Of a stretch of 27,871 nucleotides of DNA, positions 9,301 through 18,542 are shown one piece after another; positions within the stretch are counted from its first letter, which is position 1; each line of letters opens with the position of its first letter. The position numbers and the translations under genes are program-made. The notes beneath the pieces were generated by a model, which searched no databases, was not told where the DNA came from, and saw nothing but the letters and a program-made list of their open reading frames with translations. Location: the sequence record DRR723986_562; one strand, written 5' to 3'.

Positions 9301-9586
9301 ACATATCCGCTTTATTCCGGGTATGAAAAGCCAATTTGCCTTTAACTTTTGGGCCTTCTGGGGATATAGTTCAATCATCATGACCTTCTTTGGTGTGAAC
9401 TATTATTTATCAGGATTACATTCTTACGCACAAGGAGATCCATTACCAATTCCGACATGGGTGCCGATTACAGTTAGTATGTTATTTATTTTCTCCATGT
9501 TGTCATTAGTGAAATGGTACATGGCTAAAAAATGGGCCACTGAAAGTAAGACTACGGCGGATTCTGAAAAGAACGAAAAGTCCTAA
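6386..9586 (+). CDS. ccsA: System II cytochrome c biogenesis protein, CcsB-CcsA fusion
   Basis: WWD domain WANESWGRYWGWDAKETW; conserved His in LFHLAF, WLMIHV and GLHSY; ResB-like periplasmic region with YRFFQSSY. Confidence 0.95.
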   Translation: MKKSLSKIFSMPLMVLFLLFFFFAVGIATFVENDYGTPVAQKWIYKANWFSLIMLYLSISLIFNMIKYKLFQLKKLSSLLFHLAFLVIVLGAATTRYFGFEGVMMIREGESSNQIITQESFFQIKAHDNIDQYRYDMDVIMDTNDVAYVHPGVKWSNPLNFFFSHNNYFEHEFDFKESHVKLSCVDVFKNPIDTLIPTAGGDAYIELVTGGMQSNYLKEGEVKLFDSGLKVSFNNSTYTDAINIVETDSGLYMRSPFDISYLQMSDQSQGVMTRDSLQEFIPKRLYVIGNEQFVFKQYYLGAELQTVKSTINSNGLLGITIKVEEDKDGQHYEKEVLLKGGKGMLPKMAMFNLESGLNFELGFGSKILEVPFFIYLRDFQLERYPGTPNPSSFLSLVTLIDLEKNLEEDHEIFMNNVLDYGGYRFFQSSYDQDEMGTILSVNHDFWGTWLTYLGYFFLGLGFVINLVSKNSRFRMLMKKSRELRIKREGLKMIIFLVGLMSFNSFAQDELPLVSEEHAEKFGRLIVQDQGGRFKPVHTLAFEMLRKVSRSDEWKEQSPVQVFVGLHTHPGWYQEPMIYVSGDPLREKFNIDGKYGALADFLYIDEHSILYLLQEDADIARRKKPAQRSQYDKDVLKTDERINVMFGVFNMSYLRIFPKPNDSTNTWYAPYELNGAFEEADSTFVSGVMKLYVGGVNNGYVTGNWKDADQALSLIQTYQQKTSDPDILPSQSTLEWEIWYNEAGIFKKLMTYYISLGLLLLILQLVQIFIPRFNLKWPLRVGAILFAGLFLYHGFGLGLRWYLSGHAPWSNGYEAVVFISFITVLAGLLFSKNNKVVLGATGILAWLMLFVAHMNQMDPEMTNLVPVLKSYWLMIHVAIITGSYGFLGLGAILSLIIMGMNIFLTKSNYKRVLLTTKELTYISEMTITIGLFMLTIGTFLGGVWANESWGRYWGWDAKETWALASVLVYAMLLHIRFIPGMKSQFAFNFWAFWGYSSIIMTFFGVNYYLSGLHSYAQGDPLPIPTWVPITVSMLFIFSMLSLVKWYMAKKWATESKTTADSEKNEKS

Positions 9587-9623
9587 TTGAGATTTTGGCT
9601 TCAATCTTGCATAGTAGCTTATT

Positions 9624-10397
9624 ATGAGATTATTCTTTCTAATACTATGTTTTCCATTTTTGGCGATTTCACAGTCAGATACGCTAATTGACGGAACCAA
9701 TTATCAGGTAAAGTATTTCAATTCTGGCGAAGTGAGCACGCTTTATCCGCAATTAAAACCCAATTCTAAAGGAAGCGTTGGAACCACTTGGGCTTTCAAT
9801 GAAGAAGGGCAAATCATTTTTGAAACGGAAGTGAGGAGGGTAGCGGGATATTCAAAAGTCAAATATGCTTATCATGAAAACGGAGGGATTAAAATGGCGC
9901 AATATACCTCTCATCCAGACGGAGGAATTCAACGCACCTATATCAATAGCTATTTTGATGAAAACGGTGCCTTATTGCGTAAAGAAGATTTATCTGATAA
10001 CGGATTTGGTCCTGAAATAGTAAAAGATCAACCGGAGATGACCAATTTGCATGATAGAGAAATAGCCCCAAATATAAAAGTTGAGGAAACTAAGAAGGAG
10101 TACGTTACACGAGCAATTATCATTAACAATAGCAAAAAGAAAATTAAATTCCTGATGAAGGATTTTTCTGAGGATCATGGAGAGGTGAAAAAATATGCTT
10201 TAAAACCAGGCGACACCTTGAAATTGGCAACTTATGTAACTGAAGATGGCTTTGATCAAATAGAACAACATTTCTATATTGAATCAAAAAATAAGCAAAG
10301 AAGAAAAGAGTTTTCGGCTAAAACTGAGGATACTTTCCCTGAAGGAATTTTGACCCAACGATTGGCCGTAATTCAGTTGTATCGGCGTTCAGAATAA
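9624..10397 (+). CDS. Exported hypothetical protein with MORN-variant-like repeats
   Basis: Signal peptide; repeated Y/F-x-x-x-G units (YFNSG, FNEEG, YHENG, YFDENG). Confidence 0.65.
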   Translation: MRLFFLILCFPFLAISQSDTLIDGTNYQVKYFNSGEVSTLYPQLKPNSKGSVGTTWAFNEEGQIIFETEVRRVAGYSKVKYAYHENGGIKMAQYTSHPDGGIQRTYINSYFDENGALLRKEDLSDNGFGPEIVKDQPEMTNLHDREIAPNIKVEETKKEYVTRAIIINNSKKKIKFLMKDFSEDHGEVKKYALKPGDTLKLATYVTEDGFDQIEQHFYIESKNKQRRKEFSAKTEDTFPEGILTQRLAVIQLYRRSE

Positions 10398-10428
10398 AAA
10401 AAGGGCCTCGAAACTAAGGCCCTTTATT
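10396..10428. terminator. Terminator between convergent genes, probably bidirectional
   Basis: Stem AAAGGGCCT (10400-10408) / AGGCCCTTT (10417-10425); A run on the left, T-rich on the right. Confidence 0.8.
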
Positions 10429-10446
10429 CATCCATTATTTAAATAA

Positions 10447-11529
10447 TTAAGCTTTATAAAATGGCGGCTTTACCACCTGAGCTTTTAAGTTTTTGTTTCT
10501 AACTTGAATGTAGATTTCTGAACCAGGTGCACTAAGCTCTGTTGGCACATAACCTAAGCCAATTGCTTTGCCGGTAGATGGAGACATGGTTCCAGAAGTT
10601 ACGATTCCAATTTCGTTTCCTTCAGCATCAACAATTGGGTAGTCGTGTCTTGGAATTCCACGATCTACCAATTCAAATCCAACCAGTTTTCTTGTTACCC
10701 CGGCTTCTTTCTGTGCAGCTAATGCCTCAGAGTTGATAAAATCTTTTGAAAACTTGGTCACCCATCCCAATCCCGCTTCTAAAGGAGAAGTGATGTCGTT
10801 GATGTCATTCCCGTATAAGCAATAACCCATTTCTAATCTTAAGGTATCTCTCGCAGCCAAACCAATTGGTTTAATTCCGTAGCTTGCTCCAGCTTCAAAT
10901 GCTTTCTTCCAAACTTGTTCAACTTCTGAATTCTTGCAATAAATTTCAAATCCTCCAGAACCAGTATATCCTGTTGCTGAGATGATAGCATGCTCAATTC
11001 CCGCAAAGTCACCTACAACAAAGTTGTAAAATTTGATACCAGCCAAATCCACTGAAGACAAAGACTGCATAGCTTCTACAGCTTTTGGCCCTTGAATAGC
11101 CAATAAAGAATAATCATCTGAAAGGTTTTTCATTTCTGCTCCCATGCTATTATGAGATGAAATCCAATTCCAATCTTTTTCAATATTTGAGGCATTCACC
11201 ACTAGCAAATATTTATTCTCCTCAATCATATAGATGATTAAGTCATCTACAATACCGCCTTTATCGTTAGGTAAGCAGCTGTATTGCGCTTTTCCTGGCT
11301 CCAATTTTGTAGCATCATTTGAAGATACTTTTTGAATGAGATCCAAAGCGTTCTCTCCAGTTAAAAGAAACTCTCCCATATGAGATACATCAAATACACC
11401 AACAGCATTTCTTACAGTTTCATGTTCTGCTTTTACCCCTTCATATTGAACAGGCATGTTGAATCCTGCAAATGGAACCATTTTGGCTCCTAAACTTTCG
11501 TGTATTTTTGATAATGCTGTATCTTTCAT
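10447..11529 (-). CDS. gcvT: Glycine cleavage system aminomethyltransferase T
   Basis: [27 protein letters not shown] and [13 protein letters not shown] motifs. Confidence 0.97.
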   Translation of the reverse strand: MKDTALSKIHESLGAKMVPFAGFNMPVQYEGVKAEHETVRNAVGVFDVSHMGEFLLTGENALDLIQKVSSNDATKLEPGKAQYSCLPNDKGGIVDDLIIYMIEENKYLLVVNASNIEKDWNWISSHNSMGAEMKNLSDDYSLLAIQGPKAVEAMQSLSSVDLAGIKFYNFVVGDFAGIEHAIISATGYTGSGGFEIYCKNSEVEQVWKKAFEAGASYGIKPIGLAARDTLRLEMGYCLYGNDINDITSPLEAGLGWVTKFSKDFINSEALAAQKEAGVTRKLVGFELVDRGIPRHDYPIVDAEGNEIGIVTSGTMSPSTGKAIGLGYVPTELSAPGSEIYIQVRNKNLKAQVVKPPFYKA

Positions 11530-11549
11530 ATGGTAATTTTTTGTGCTGG

Positions 11550-11557
11550 CAAATGTA
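11550..11557 (-). promoter_or_regulatory. -7 promoter element (TACATTTG) for gcvT
   Basis: Exact TAnnTTTG match, 20 nt upstream of the ATG. Confidence 0.75.
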
Positions 11558-11630
11558 AAAAATAAAAATTCTTGTAGGTCAGTATCGTTTTATTTTTCAC
11601 ATCAGTATACCTGTTTCATTTGAAGATTAA

Positions 11631-13640
11631 TCAATGTTGCCTGAATTTGACGTTTTTTGCGAAATAATAGGTGAAAGCATTCTTTGTATTCACTCTAGAA
11701 TCCATGTCATTTGGGTTAAAAAGATAAAAGTTTTGAACTTTTTCGAATCCGATTTCTTTAAGTTGGGTGCTGGCTTCAATTCGGAATCCTGAAAATCCGT
11801 TGAAGACCACTAAAAATGGCATTTCAAAATTCTCTGGCACGTTGATCCATCTGTATTGAATTTTAAATTTATCTCCCTTATGATGAATCGCATATTCTAG
11901 TGTTGGAGGAGCACTTTGGTTTAAGAAAACCTCAAAAAATCCGGCTAAGTTTTTATCTGTGTATTGTTGGGCATGTTTGATAAAGTCATCTGTATCACTC
12001 GTTTTGTTTTTTGATCTATGATAAAATAGTTTTATCATTTTTATGAAGTCTTTGTCATTGTTATAGATGCATCTCAAGCTATGCAGCATTGCAGCTCCTT
12101 TGTAGTAAACATCTTGTCCCTGAAAAGCGTTATCGTTAACATCACGTTGACCAACCATTGGCCAAATATTATTGATGTTTATCATGTTAGACCCGACTTC
12201 GTCCAAATATTTTGCTCTCCCAAATTCTTCTTCAATAAATAGGTGCTCTGCATAAGTCGCAAACCCTTCGCTTATCCAAATGTCTGCCATGTCCGCTACA
12301 GCAACGGCGTTTCCCCACCATTCATGTGCAGTTTCATGGATTACCAAAAAGTCGTAGCGTCCAATCATGGAATAAATAGAATCTTTACCATAATCACCAC
12401 CAATAGCAATGGCACTTTGATGCTCCATTCCAGCGAAGGGAGATTCAACATAGGCTAATCCATCTTTTGGAAAATTATACTCGCCGAAAATTTCTTCAAA
12501 AACTTCAAGAATTCTGGTTGTTCCAGAGTAATACTTTTTGGCTTTTTCTAAGTTTTGCTCTAACACGTAATAGTCTACCTGAACTTCCTCTCCGCTTTGG
12601 TTTTTGTATGATTCATTAAAATTGACGAAATCACCAATATAGAACGTGACATTGTAACTGTTTATGGGGTAGCTAACCTTCCATTGAAAATTGCTGTATC
12701 CATTATCAACTTTGGTCTCTTTCAGAAGATTTCCGTTGGCAATTGCATCATATCCAGTTAATGCTTGAATGTTGATTTCCATTGAGTCAGGTTTGTCAGA
12801 AAGGTGATCTTTATTGGGCCACCAAGAACTTGCCCCCAGGTGTTCACAGGCCACACCTATATAATCTCTATCTCCATTTTTTTTCCAAACAAAACCTCCA
12901 TTCCAAGGTGGGTTAGGAGCACTCCTAGGAGAGCCATTATATTTGATCAAAACTGCATAATTTGAATCTACCTTTAAAGGTTCTTGAAGATTAATGAAAA
13001 TTGCATTATACTGTCTGTCATACTTTAAAGGGATGCCATTCATTGATATTTCGTTGATTTCATATTGTTCATATAAATCAATTTGTATTTGTTTGCTAGC
13101 CGCTACGGCCTTGAAAAATATCTTGTTACTCCCAGAAATAGTTTCTGATTCAGAGTGAATTCTAACTGTTAATTCTTCGTAAGTAACGTCAAAACAGGTT
13201 CTTTCTGGCCTGAGCATACCTTGTAAACTGTCTGCCAAACCATATTGTCTTTTATAGTTCAATTCTGGTTTTAGTTCTGGAAAAATAAGCGAATCGGTAA
13301 TGTTTCTAATAATGAACATGGTGTCGCATTTCCACCGCATGAATTCTTCATCTTCAAATCCAGGAGTGACAACGCCTAAATCAAGAGATTTTTGAAAATC
13401 AGCTGCCGATTCATAGGCGTGGTTCATATAATAATGCAAAATGCCTCTTTCATAATAGAGTTTTGCTGAATTGGGACTTTTTTCTAGACATTCAGTACAA
13501 AGATCAATGGCTTTTAGATATTCGAATTTATTGAAAAGCTTTTGTACTTTTTTAATACATTTTAAAGATTTGGAAGTCTCTTGAGAAAAGGTTATCGAGC
13601 TTGTTAAAAGTAACAAGCTAAGTAGTGTTTTTAATTTCAT
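11631..13640 (-). CDS. Exported M1 family zinc aminopeptidase with an N-terminal TPR-like region
   Basis: AGMEH (GAMEN-like), HETAH followed by WISEGFATY, and YYKGA; signal peptide; TPR-like helices KAIDLC..CLEKSPNSAKLYYERG. Confidence 0.9.
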   Translation of the reverse strand: MKLKTLLSLLLLTSSITFSQETSKSLKCIKKVQKLFNKFEYLKAIDLCTECLEKSPNSAKLYYERGILHYYMNHAYESAADFQKSLDLGVVTPGFEDEEFMRWKCDTMFIIRNITDSLIFPELKPELNYKRQYGLADSLQGMLRPERTCFDVTYEELTVRIHSESETISGSNKIFFKAVAASKQIQIDLYEQYEINEISMNGIPLKYDRQYNAIFINLQEPLKVDSNYAVLIKYNGSPRSAPNPPWNGGFVWKKNGDRDYIGVACEHLGASSWWPNKDHLSDKPDSMEINIQALTGYDAIANGNLLKETKVDNGYSNFQWKVSYPINSYNVTFYIGDFVNFNESYKNQSGEEVQVDYYVLEQNLEKAKKYYSGTTRILEVFEEIFGEYNFPKDGLAYVESPFAGMEHQSAIAIGGDYGKDSIYSMIGRYDFLVIHETAHEWWGNAVAVADMADIWISEGFATYAEHLFIEEEFGRAKYLDEVGSNMININNIWPMVGQRDVNDNAFQGQDVYYKGAAMLHSLRCIYNNDKDFIKMIKLFYHRSKNKTSDTDDFIKHAQQYTDKNLAGFFEVFLNQSAPPTLEYAIHHKGDKFKIQYRWINVPENFEMPFLVVFNGFSGFRIEASTQLKEIGFEKVQNFYLFNPNDMDSRVNTKNAFTYYFAKNVKFRQH

Positions 13641-13658
13641 TTTTGGGTTTAATGATTG

Positions 13659-13991
13659 TTATTTCTTCTTTTTTGAAGGTTTTGGTTTTAAAGAGTTGAC
13701 AAAGTCATAACTCTCATTCAACATCTTGAATACAAATTCTTTATCTTGAAACTTGTCTTTTGGAATTTCAACATAGCCATTCATTACGGAGTTATATTGG
13801 ATAACATCTCCCAAATTATACTTCTCATTATAAGCTAGTTTGCCTTCTTTTGATAATCGAACGGCTAAATATTCGTTGGTTTGATCAATAAATGAAAACA
13901 TGTGTCCATTGAGTGAGGTGTAGGGGTTTTTTTTGCCTTTGCGTTCAACTTTTCCCCATTCTTCAATGTAGGATGTATATTGTTCTTCCAT
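13659..13991 (-). CDS. TfoX N-terminal-like small protein
   Basis: NGHMFSF..LAVRL..QYNSVMNGYVEIP..FVNSLKPK pattern; start at ATG 13991, 1 nt after the upstream stop, preferred over 14024. Confidence 0.65.
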   Translation of the reverse strand: MEEQYTSYIEEWGKVERKGKKNPYTSLNGHMFSFIDQTNEYLAVRLSKEGKLAYNEKYNLGDVIQYNSVMNGYVEIPKDKFQDKEFVFKMLNESYDFVNSLKPKPSKKKK

Positions 13992-13992
13992 A

Positions 13993-14394
13993 TTAAATTC
14001 CTTTAATTCTGTTGTTGCGGGCATTGTGTTCTATTTCAGCTAGCCCCAATTCTTCCATTAAAGGTGGTAAATACATACCGACACGACCCCTGAAGTTTTT
14101 CTTTAATCCATACCATCCACCGATTGGATTATCAGCAGACCTTCCCCAAAATTCTAATGTTCCTTCTTTGGCTTCAGCTTTCTCATCCTTGCTTCCCATT
14201 GGCATCCAGTCACCAAAATCTAAAAGCATTTTATGCATGTCTTCAATAATTCTGGCGTCATAGTGGAGAACAGTTGAACCAACAACACAAACAATTATTT
14301 CATTACCATCTTTTTCATCCATATACATTTCATATGAAGATGAGCCTGGAGGTGTTTTTAATTTCCAGGGATTGTCTTTCGTTCGTTTATCCAT
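13993..14394 (-). CDS. Conserved hypothetical protein (DUF6855-like)
   Basis: PWKLKTPPG, NPIGGWYGLKK and MYLPPLMEELGLAE..HNARNNR recalled as conserved family motifs. Confidence 0.7.
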   Translation of the reverse strand: MDKRTKDNPWKLKTPPGSSSYEMYMDEKDGNEIIVCVVGSTVLHYDARIIEDMHKMLLDFGDWMPMGSKDEKAEAKEGTLEFWGRSADNPIGGWYGLKKNFRGRVGMYLPPLMEELGLAEIEHNARNNRIKGI

Positions 14395-14395
14395 C

Positions 14396-14851
14396 TTATT
14401 TTTTTAATTTCTCTTCGTACAAACTAATCCATTCGTCAGCAGACATTTTTGAAACAAGTTCACCAATCAAATTAAAAGGAATATCATCTACTTTTTTAAA
14501 TCGGATGCAGCTTTTACCCATATCTAATTTTTTTGAACAATGTTTGGGATACTCAGCTACAAACCATTTCATTAAATCTTCATTAGCATACAAACCCATA
14601 TGGTAGAACGCAATAAAGTTTTTTTGTGAAGCCATACTCATGAAAGGTAATGGTTCTGAAGGCTTGCAATGATATCCGTCAGGATATACAGAATGAGGAA
14701 CAACCCATCCTGGCATGCCATAGCTCATGGCTTGTTCAAATTTGGCGTCTAAATTATTCTTTACAGAGTCTGCCAATTTTTTCATGGCGTCTTTTCTATC
14801 TTCTGGACATTTAGAGATGTAATCTTCTAAATTTTTCGCTTCAATTTTCAT
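14396..14851 (-). CDS. DUF1801 (YdhG-like) protein
   Basis: SYGMPGWVVPHSVYP, ASQKNFIAFY and DMGKSCIRFKK motifs. Confidence 0.88.
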   Translation of the reverse strand: MKIEAKNLEDYISKCPEDRKDAMKKLADSVKNNLDAKFEQAMSYGMPGWVVPHSVYPDGYHCKPSEPLPFMSMASQKNFIAFYHMGLYANEDLMKWFVAEYPKHCSKKLDMGKSCIRFKKVDDIPFNLIGELVSKMSADEWISLYEEKLKK

Positions 14852-14869
14852 TTTATAAAGAGTTTGCTT

Positions 14870-14877
14870 CTAAGTTA
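14870..14877 (-). promoter_or_regulatory. Possible -7 element (TAACTTAG) for the DUF1801 operon
   Basis: One mismatch to TAnnTTTG, 18 nt upstream of the ATG. Confidence 0.4.
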
Positions 14878-14882
14878 ATAAA

Positions 14883-15605
14883 TTATTTTGCCGTCCATTC
14901 AAAGAGTCCTTTAGGATATTCTTCGCTTAAAAAGGTCTCTTCATTAAGCCGATAAAACTTCAGCCAATCTATTTTATTATCAGAAAAATGTAAGACCAGC
15001 ACCTTTTGATCTTCTTTAAAGGCGTAGCAATCATTTTCAATGACATCCGGTAGTCCATATAAATCCAAAATTTGATCTTTTGATTCACCTACCAAGTTGA
15101 ATTGATTAAGGTGATTGTAATTTACACGTGTCTCAAATCCTATAATGATTTCATTATTGGTCGAATAATACTTTTCTTCTTGTGTTGTCCAAGGTTTGTG
15201 AGTGATGATACTAATAAATTTAGACGCATCTGATTTTAGTTCTTTGGCACTTGGGGCAATATTTATTTGTGGCTTTTTAATCAAGCCGCCTATGGCACCG
15301 TAGTTATATTGTTGATGTCCTTCTTCAAGTTCTGGTAGATAAGAAGATTTGATAGACCATCCCATAGATAAAAAACCGATTTCGGATTTCATTTCAGCCA
15401 AATTGATTTCACTGTTTACTAATTCAAATAATTGGGTTCTTTGCGATTGTTCTTCTTCAAATCCTGGATCAAAACAGATATCTTCAATTTTAGGATTATT
15501 TAAGGTGTCAGTATCTACAAATTCATCTGAATTTTTTGTTTCGGAGTTACAAGATTGACAGCAGACGATTAAAGAAATAAAATGAAAATAAAATGATCGG
15601 CTCAT
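14883..15605 (-). CDS. Hypothetical lipoprotein
   Basis: Hydrophobic N-terminus with a Cys cluster (LIVCCQSC); 240-aa ORF; no family recognised. Confidence 0.7.
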   Translation of the reverse strand: MSRSFYFHFISLIVCCQSCNSETKNSDEFVDTDTLNNPKIEDICFDPGFEEEQSQRTQLFELVNSEINLAEMKSEIGFLSMGWSIKSSYLPELEEGHQQYNYGAIGGLIKKPQINIAPSAKELKSDASKFISIITHKPWTTQEEKYYSTNNEIIIGFETRVNYNHLNQFNLVGESKDQILDLYGLPDVIENDCYAFKEDQKVLVLHFSDNKIDWLKFYRLNEETFLSEEYPKGLFEWTAK

Positions 15606-15710
15606 GCAACTAATATAGATAATAATCGGTCTTAGGTTTTAATTAGCACATTGAAAATGTTCAGTTTAACTAACGTTTTTTATATTTAAACCTAAACTCT
15701 ACTTCGCTGC

Positions 15711-18542
15711 ATGAATAAATTCGTAGTTTGCTTAATGCTATTTTTTAGCTATTCCTATTGCACGGCTCAATCAAGTTTTTTTATTGAGAATAAAGGTCAG
15801 ATAAAAGACCAATTTGGTGCAGACAGAGCTGATGTACATTTTACACTCCAAAATCAAAATCGTCAATTGTTCATTACAGATCAGGGTTTTAGCATTCAAA
15901 CCTTGAAAATGGAAGATAGTATTCATGTTACTTGTGACAGAATTGATTATTCGATAGAGGGTTTTAACCCCACTACTTTTATTGGTAGTGCACAAGGCAA
16001 TTATTTTGAAACTGTTATCCGTGACAACCAAACGGTGGTCGTAAATTCCTTTTCAGAAGTTGTCGCAACTGATACACTGTCTGGAATAAAGATCAAGTTT
16101 TACAGCCAACACGAAGGATTTAAATATGATATTATTCTCTCAAAAGATTTTAAGGGTAATCAATTGAAAGTAAATGTTGGAGGAGCGGCGGTAACGAAGT
16201 CACAAGATGAATTGCTCATTACTTTTGCCGACAATAAGATTCAAGAATCAATGCCTGAAGTTTATCTGAATGTAGAAGGAAAAAAAGTGCCTTCAGCAGC
16301 AAATTATGAATTGATAGAGTCAGGGTATTTAATTAATATAGATGATGTTGATGTTGAAATGGTTATAGATCCATTCATATTCTACAGTACTTATTATGGA
16401 GGATCATTTTATGAAATTGCCTATGGAGTAACAAGTGATTCTCTGAATAATTCTTATCTAATTGGGACTACTTCTAGTTCTTCTAATATAGCCACTGTAG
16501 GAGCTTATCAAACTACATATGTCAATACTGGAAATATGTTTATCACAAAGTTTAATGAAGAAGGTCAACGTTTGTGGGGAACCTATTTTGCTAGTTCAGG
16601 GCCTAATCCGAGAAAAGTGGAAATTGATCCTGATGGAAATATTTATTTGTCTGGAGTGACTGGTTCGGGTCAAAATTTAGGTACACCAGGCACGCATCAA
16701 ACCGTTTTTGGTGGAGATTATAATGATTGTTTTCTTGCAAAATTTACTGCCAACGGCTTTCCAATTTGGTCTACTTTATACGGCGGTGAAGGTAACGATA
16801 TTTTGAATGGAATGGCACTAGGTGATAACGCGATATATTTAACTGGATATACTGGGAGTCATACACAAATAGCAACTCCAGGAGCTTTTCAGGAAACTAC
16901 AACGGCATCTGGATGGATGACTGACGGCTATATTGCGAAATTTGATACCATTGGCAATTTAGAAGTAGCTACTTACGTTGGCGGTTATAATGGTAATAAG
17001 TTAAGCGATATTAAGTTTTATGACAATGCCCTATACGCAGTAGGAGCATTCAATACTTGGGATAAGGGAACGCCTGGAACTTATTTGTCTTCTAAAACTT
17101 CCAATTCAGATTTGTTTTTCACGAAATTTGATGAGAACCTAAATCAAATATGGGGATCTTATTTTACAGGTAACAGTCATGTAGAGGGTTATCATAAAAT
17201 TGCAGTCAATAAGGATAGGATTTATGTTACTGGATACGTAAATACGAGTAATGGAAATACCACCTATACTACCTCAAACGTGCACAAAGAAATTGCCAAT
17301 GGCGGAGCTGAGATCTATATTGAAGTTTTCGATACTTCAGGAACGAACTGGATAAACGGAACTTTTTTTGGTGGTATGGATGGAGATTATCCTGCGGACA
17401 TTGAAGTAGTGATGGATTCAGTAATCGTTGTGACAGGACATACGGTTTCGTTAGATCAAATAGCAACCAATAATGTGCACAAAAATTATTTTACTTATTC
17501 TACAGGTACTTCTTCATTGAATAATGACGTTTTTGTCACTGTATTTAATGATAGTTTGGAACAAATCTGGGGAAGTTATTTTGGAGGAGAAGGAGTTGAG
17601 ATAGCCTATGATCTAGACGTAAATTCCAAAAATCAATTATTAATCGCAGGTAGAACAACTTCTCAAACGGGGATTTCTTATGGATTTTCACACCAGTCAT
17701 TCAATGGTGGTGTCGGTTTTCAACCAGATGCTTTTTTTATGGTGTTTGATGTGGACTACGATTCTGTTTTTACTGATCCGTTCGCAAGTCTTCCAACTAG
17801 TGTATGTCCTAAAGAAAATCTCACCATCCCTTTCGAAGTTCAAGGAACCTATTTTAACGATAACACTTTTAATTTATGGCTTTCTGATGAATTTGGAGAC
17901 TTTAGCAATGCTACTTTATTGAGTTCAGTTGCGGCTCAAAATTCGGGTTCGTTTAGTTATCAAATTCCATATTTGGTTTCTGGCGGGAATTATAAGTTTA
18001 GAGTGGACGCTTCAAGTCCTCATGTTGTAGGTTTGACTTCTGGGGATTTTTTGATTGAGAATTCGCCACTTGCCAATTTCAATTATCAAATCGGAAGTAG
18101 TGATGTTTATTTTACAGATGCCTCGAATAGTTCGAATTCATGGTCATGGAATTTTGATGACGGAGGAACCTCCATTGATCAAGACCCGATTCATATATTT
18201 AGCAATGCCGGAATGTATAATGTAAGTTTGGTTGCTACTAATGCAACATGTTCTGATACGGCTTATCATCAAGTATTAATTGAAGAGGTTTTGGGCACAG
18301 ACCAAATTGAAAGCCGTGAAATAAAAGTGTTTCCAAATCCTAGTTCAGGAAGTCTAAATCTGCTTACCAATAATTTTAATGGTTTCGCGGAGGTATCTAC
18401 TTTGGACGGGAAGTTCGTCATGAGAAAAATGATAAAAGATGATCAAACAATCACTCTTGAACTAGAGAAAGGGATTTATTCGATTTCATTCATTAATACG
18501 AATGGAGAAATTGTTAAAGTTGAAAAAGTAATTCAGTTATGA
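15711..18542 (+). CDS. T9SS-secreted protein: N-terminal FIENKGQ domain, SBBP-type seven-bladed beta-propeller, PKD, type A CTD
   Basis: Signal peptide; seven (W/Y)-x-(T/S)-x-(F/Y)-GG-like repeats; PKD motif WSWNFDDG; CTD VFPNP...KGIY...KVI. Confidence 0.88.
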   Translation: MNKFVVCLMLFFSYSYCTAQSSFFIENKGQIKDQFGADRADVHFTLQNQNRQLFITDQGFSIQTLKMEDSIHVTCDRIDYSIEGFNPTTFIGSAQGNYFETVIRDNQTVVVNSFSEVVATDTLSGIKIKFYSQHEGFKYDIILSKDFKGNQLKVNVGGAAVTKSQDELLITFADNKIQESMPEVYLNVEGKKVPSAANYELIESGYLINIDDVDVEMVIDPFIFYSTYYGGSFYEIAYGVTSDSLNNSYLIGTTSSSSNIATVGAYQTTYVNTGNMFITKFNEEGQRLWGTYFASSGPNPRKVEIDPDGNIYLSGVTGSGQNLGTPGTHQTVFGGDYNDCFLAKFTANGFPIWSTLYGGEGNDILNGMALGDNAIYLTGYTGSHTQIATPGAFQETTTASGWMTDGYIAKFDTIGNLEVATYVGGYNGNKLSDIKFYDNALYAVGAFNTWDKGTPGTYLSSKTSNSDLFFTKFDENLNQIWGSYFTGNSHVEGYHKIAVNKDRIYVTGYVNTSNGNTTYTTSNVHKEIANGGAEIYIEVFDTSGTNWINGTFFGGMDGDYPADIEVVMDSVIVVTGHTVSLDQIATNNVHKNYFTYSTGTSSLNNDVFVTVFNDSLEQIWGSYFGGEGVEIAYDLDVNSKNQLLIAGRTTSQTGISYGFSHQSFNGGVGFQPDAFFMVFDVDYDSVFTDPFASLPTSVCPKENLTIPFEVQGTYFNDNTFNLWLSDEFGDFSNATLLSSVAAQNSGSFSYQIPYLVSGGNYKFRVDASSPHVVGLTSGDFLIENSPLANFNYQIGSSDVYFTDASNSSNSWSWNFDDGGTSIDQDPIHIFSNAGMYNVSLVATNATCSDTAYHQVLIEEVLGTDQIESREIKVFPNPSSGSLNLLTNNFNGFAEVSTLDGKFVMRKMIKDDQTITLELEKGIYSISFINTNGEIVKVEKVIQL

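Noticed and set aside
11530..11630. Possible glycine riboswitch upstream of gcvT
   Set aside because: The promoter element is only 20 nt from the ATG, and the region is AT-rich with no aptamer-like motifs
14012..14606. Plus-strand ORFs of 83 aa and 110 aa
   Set aside because: Antisense to well-supported DUF genes
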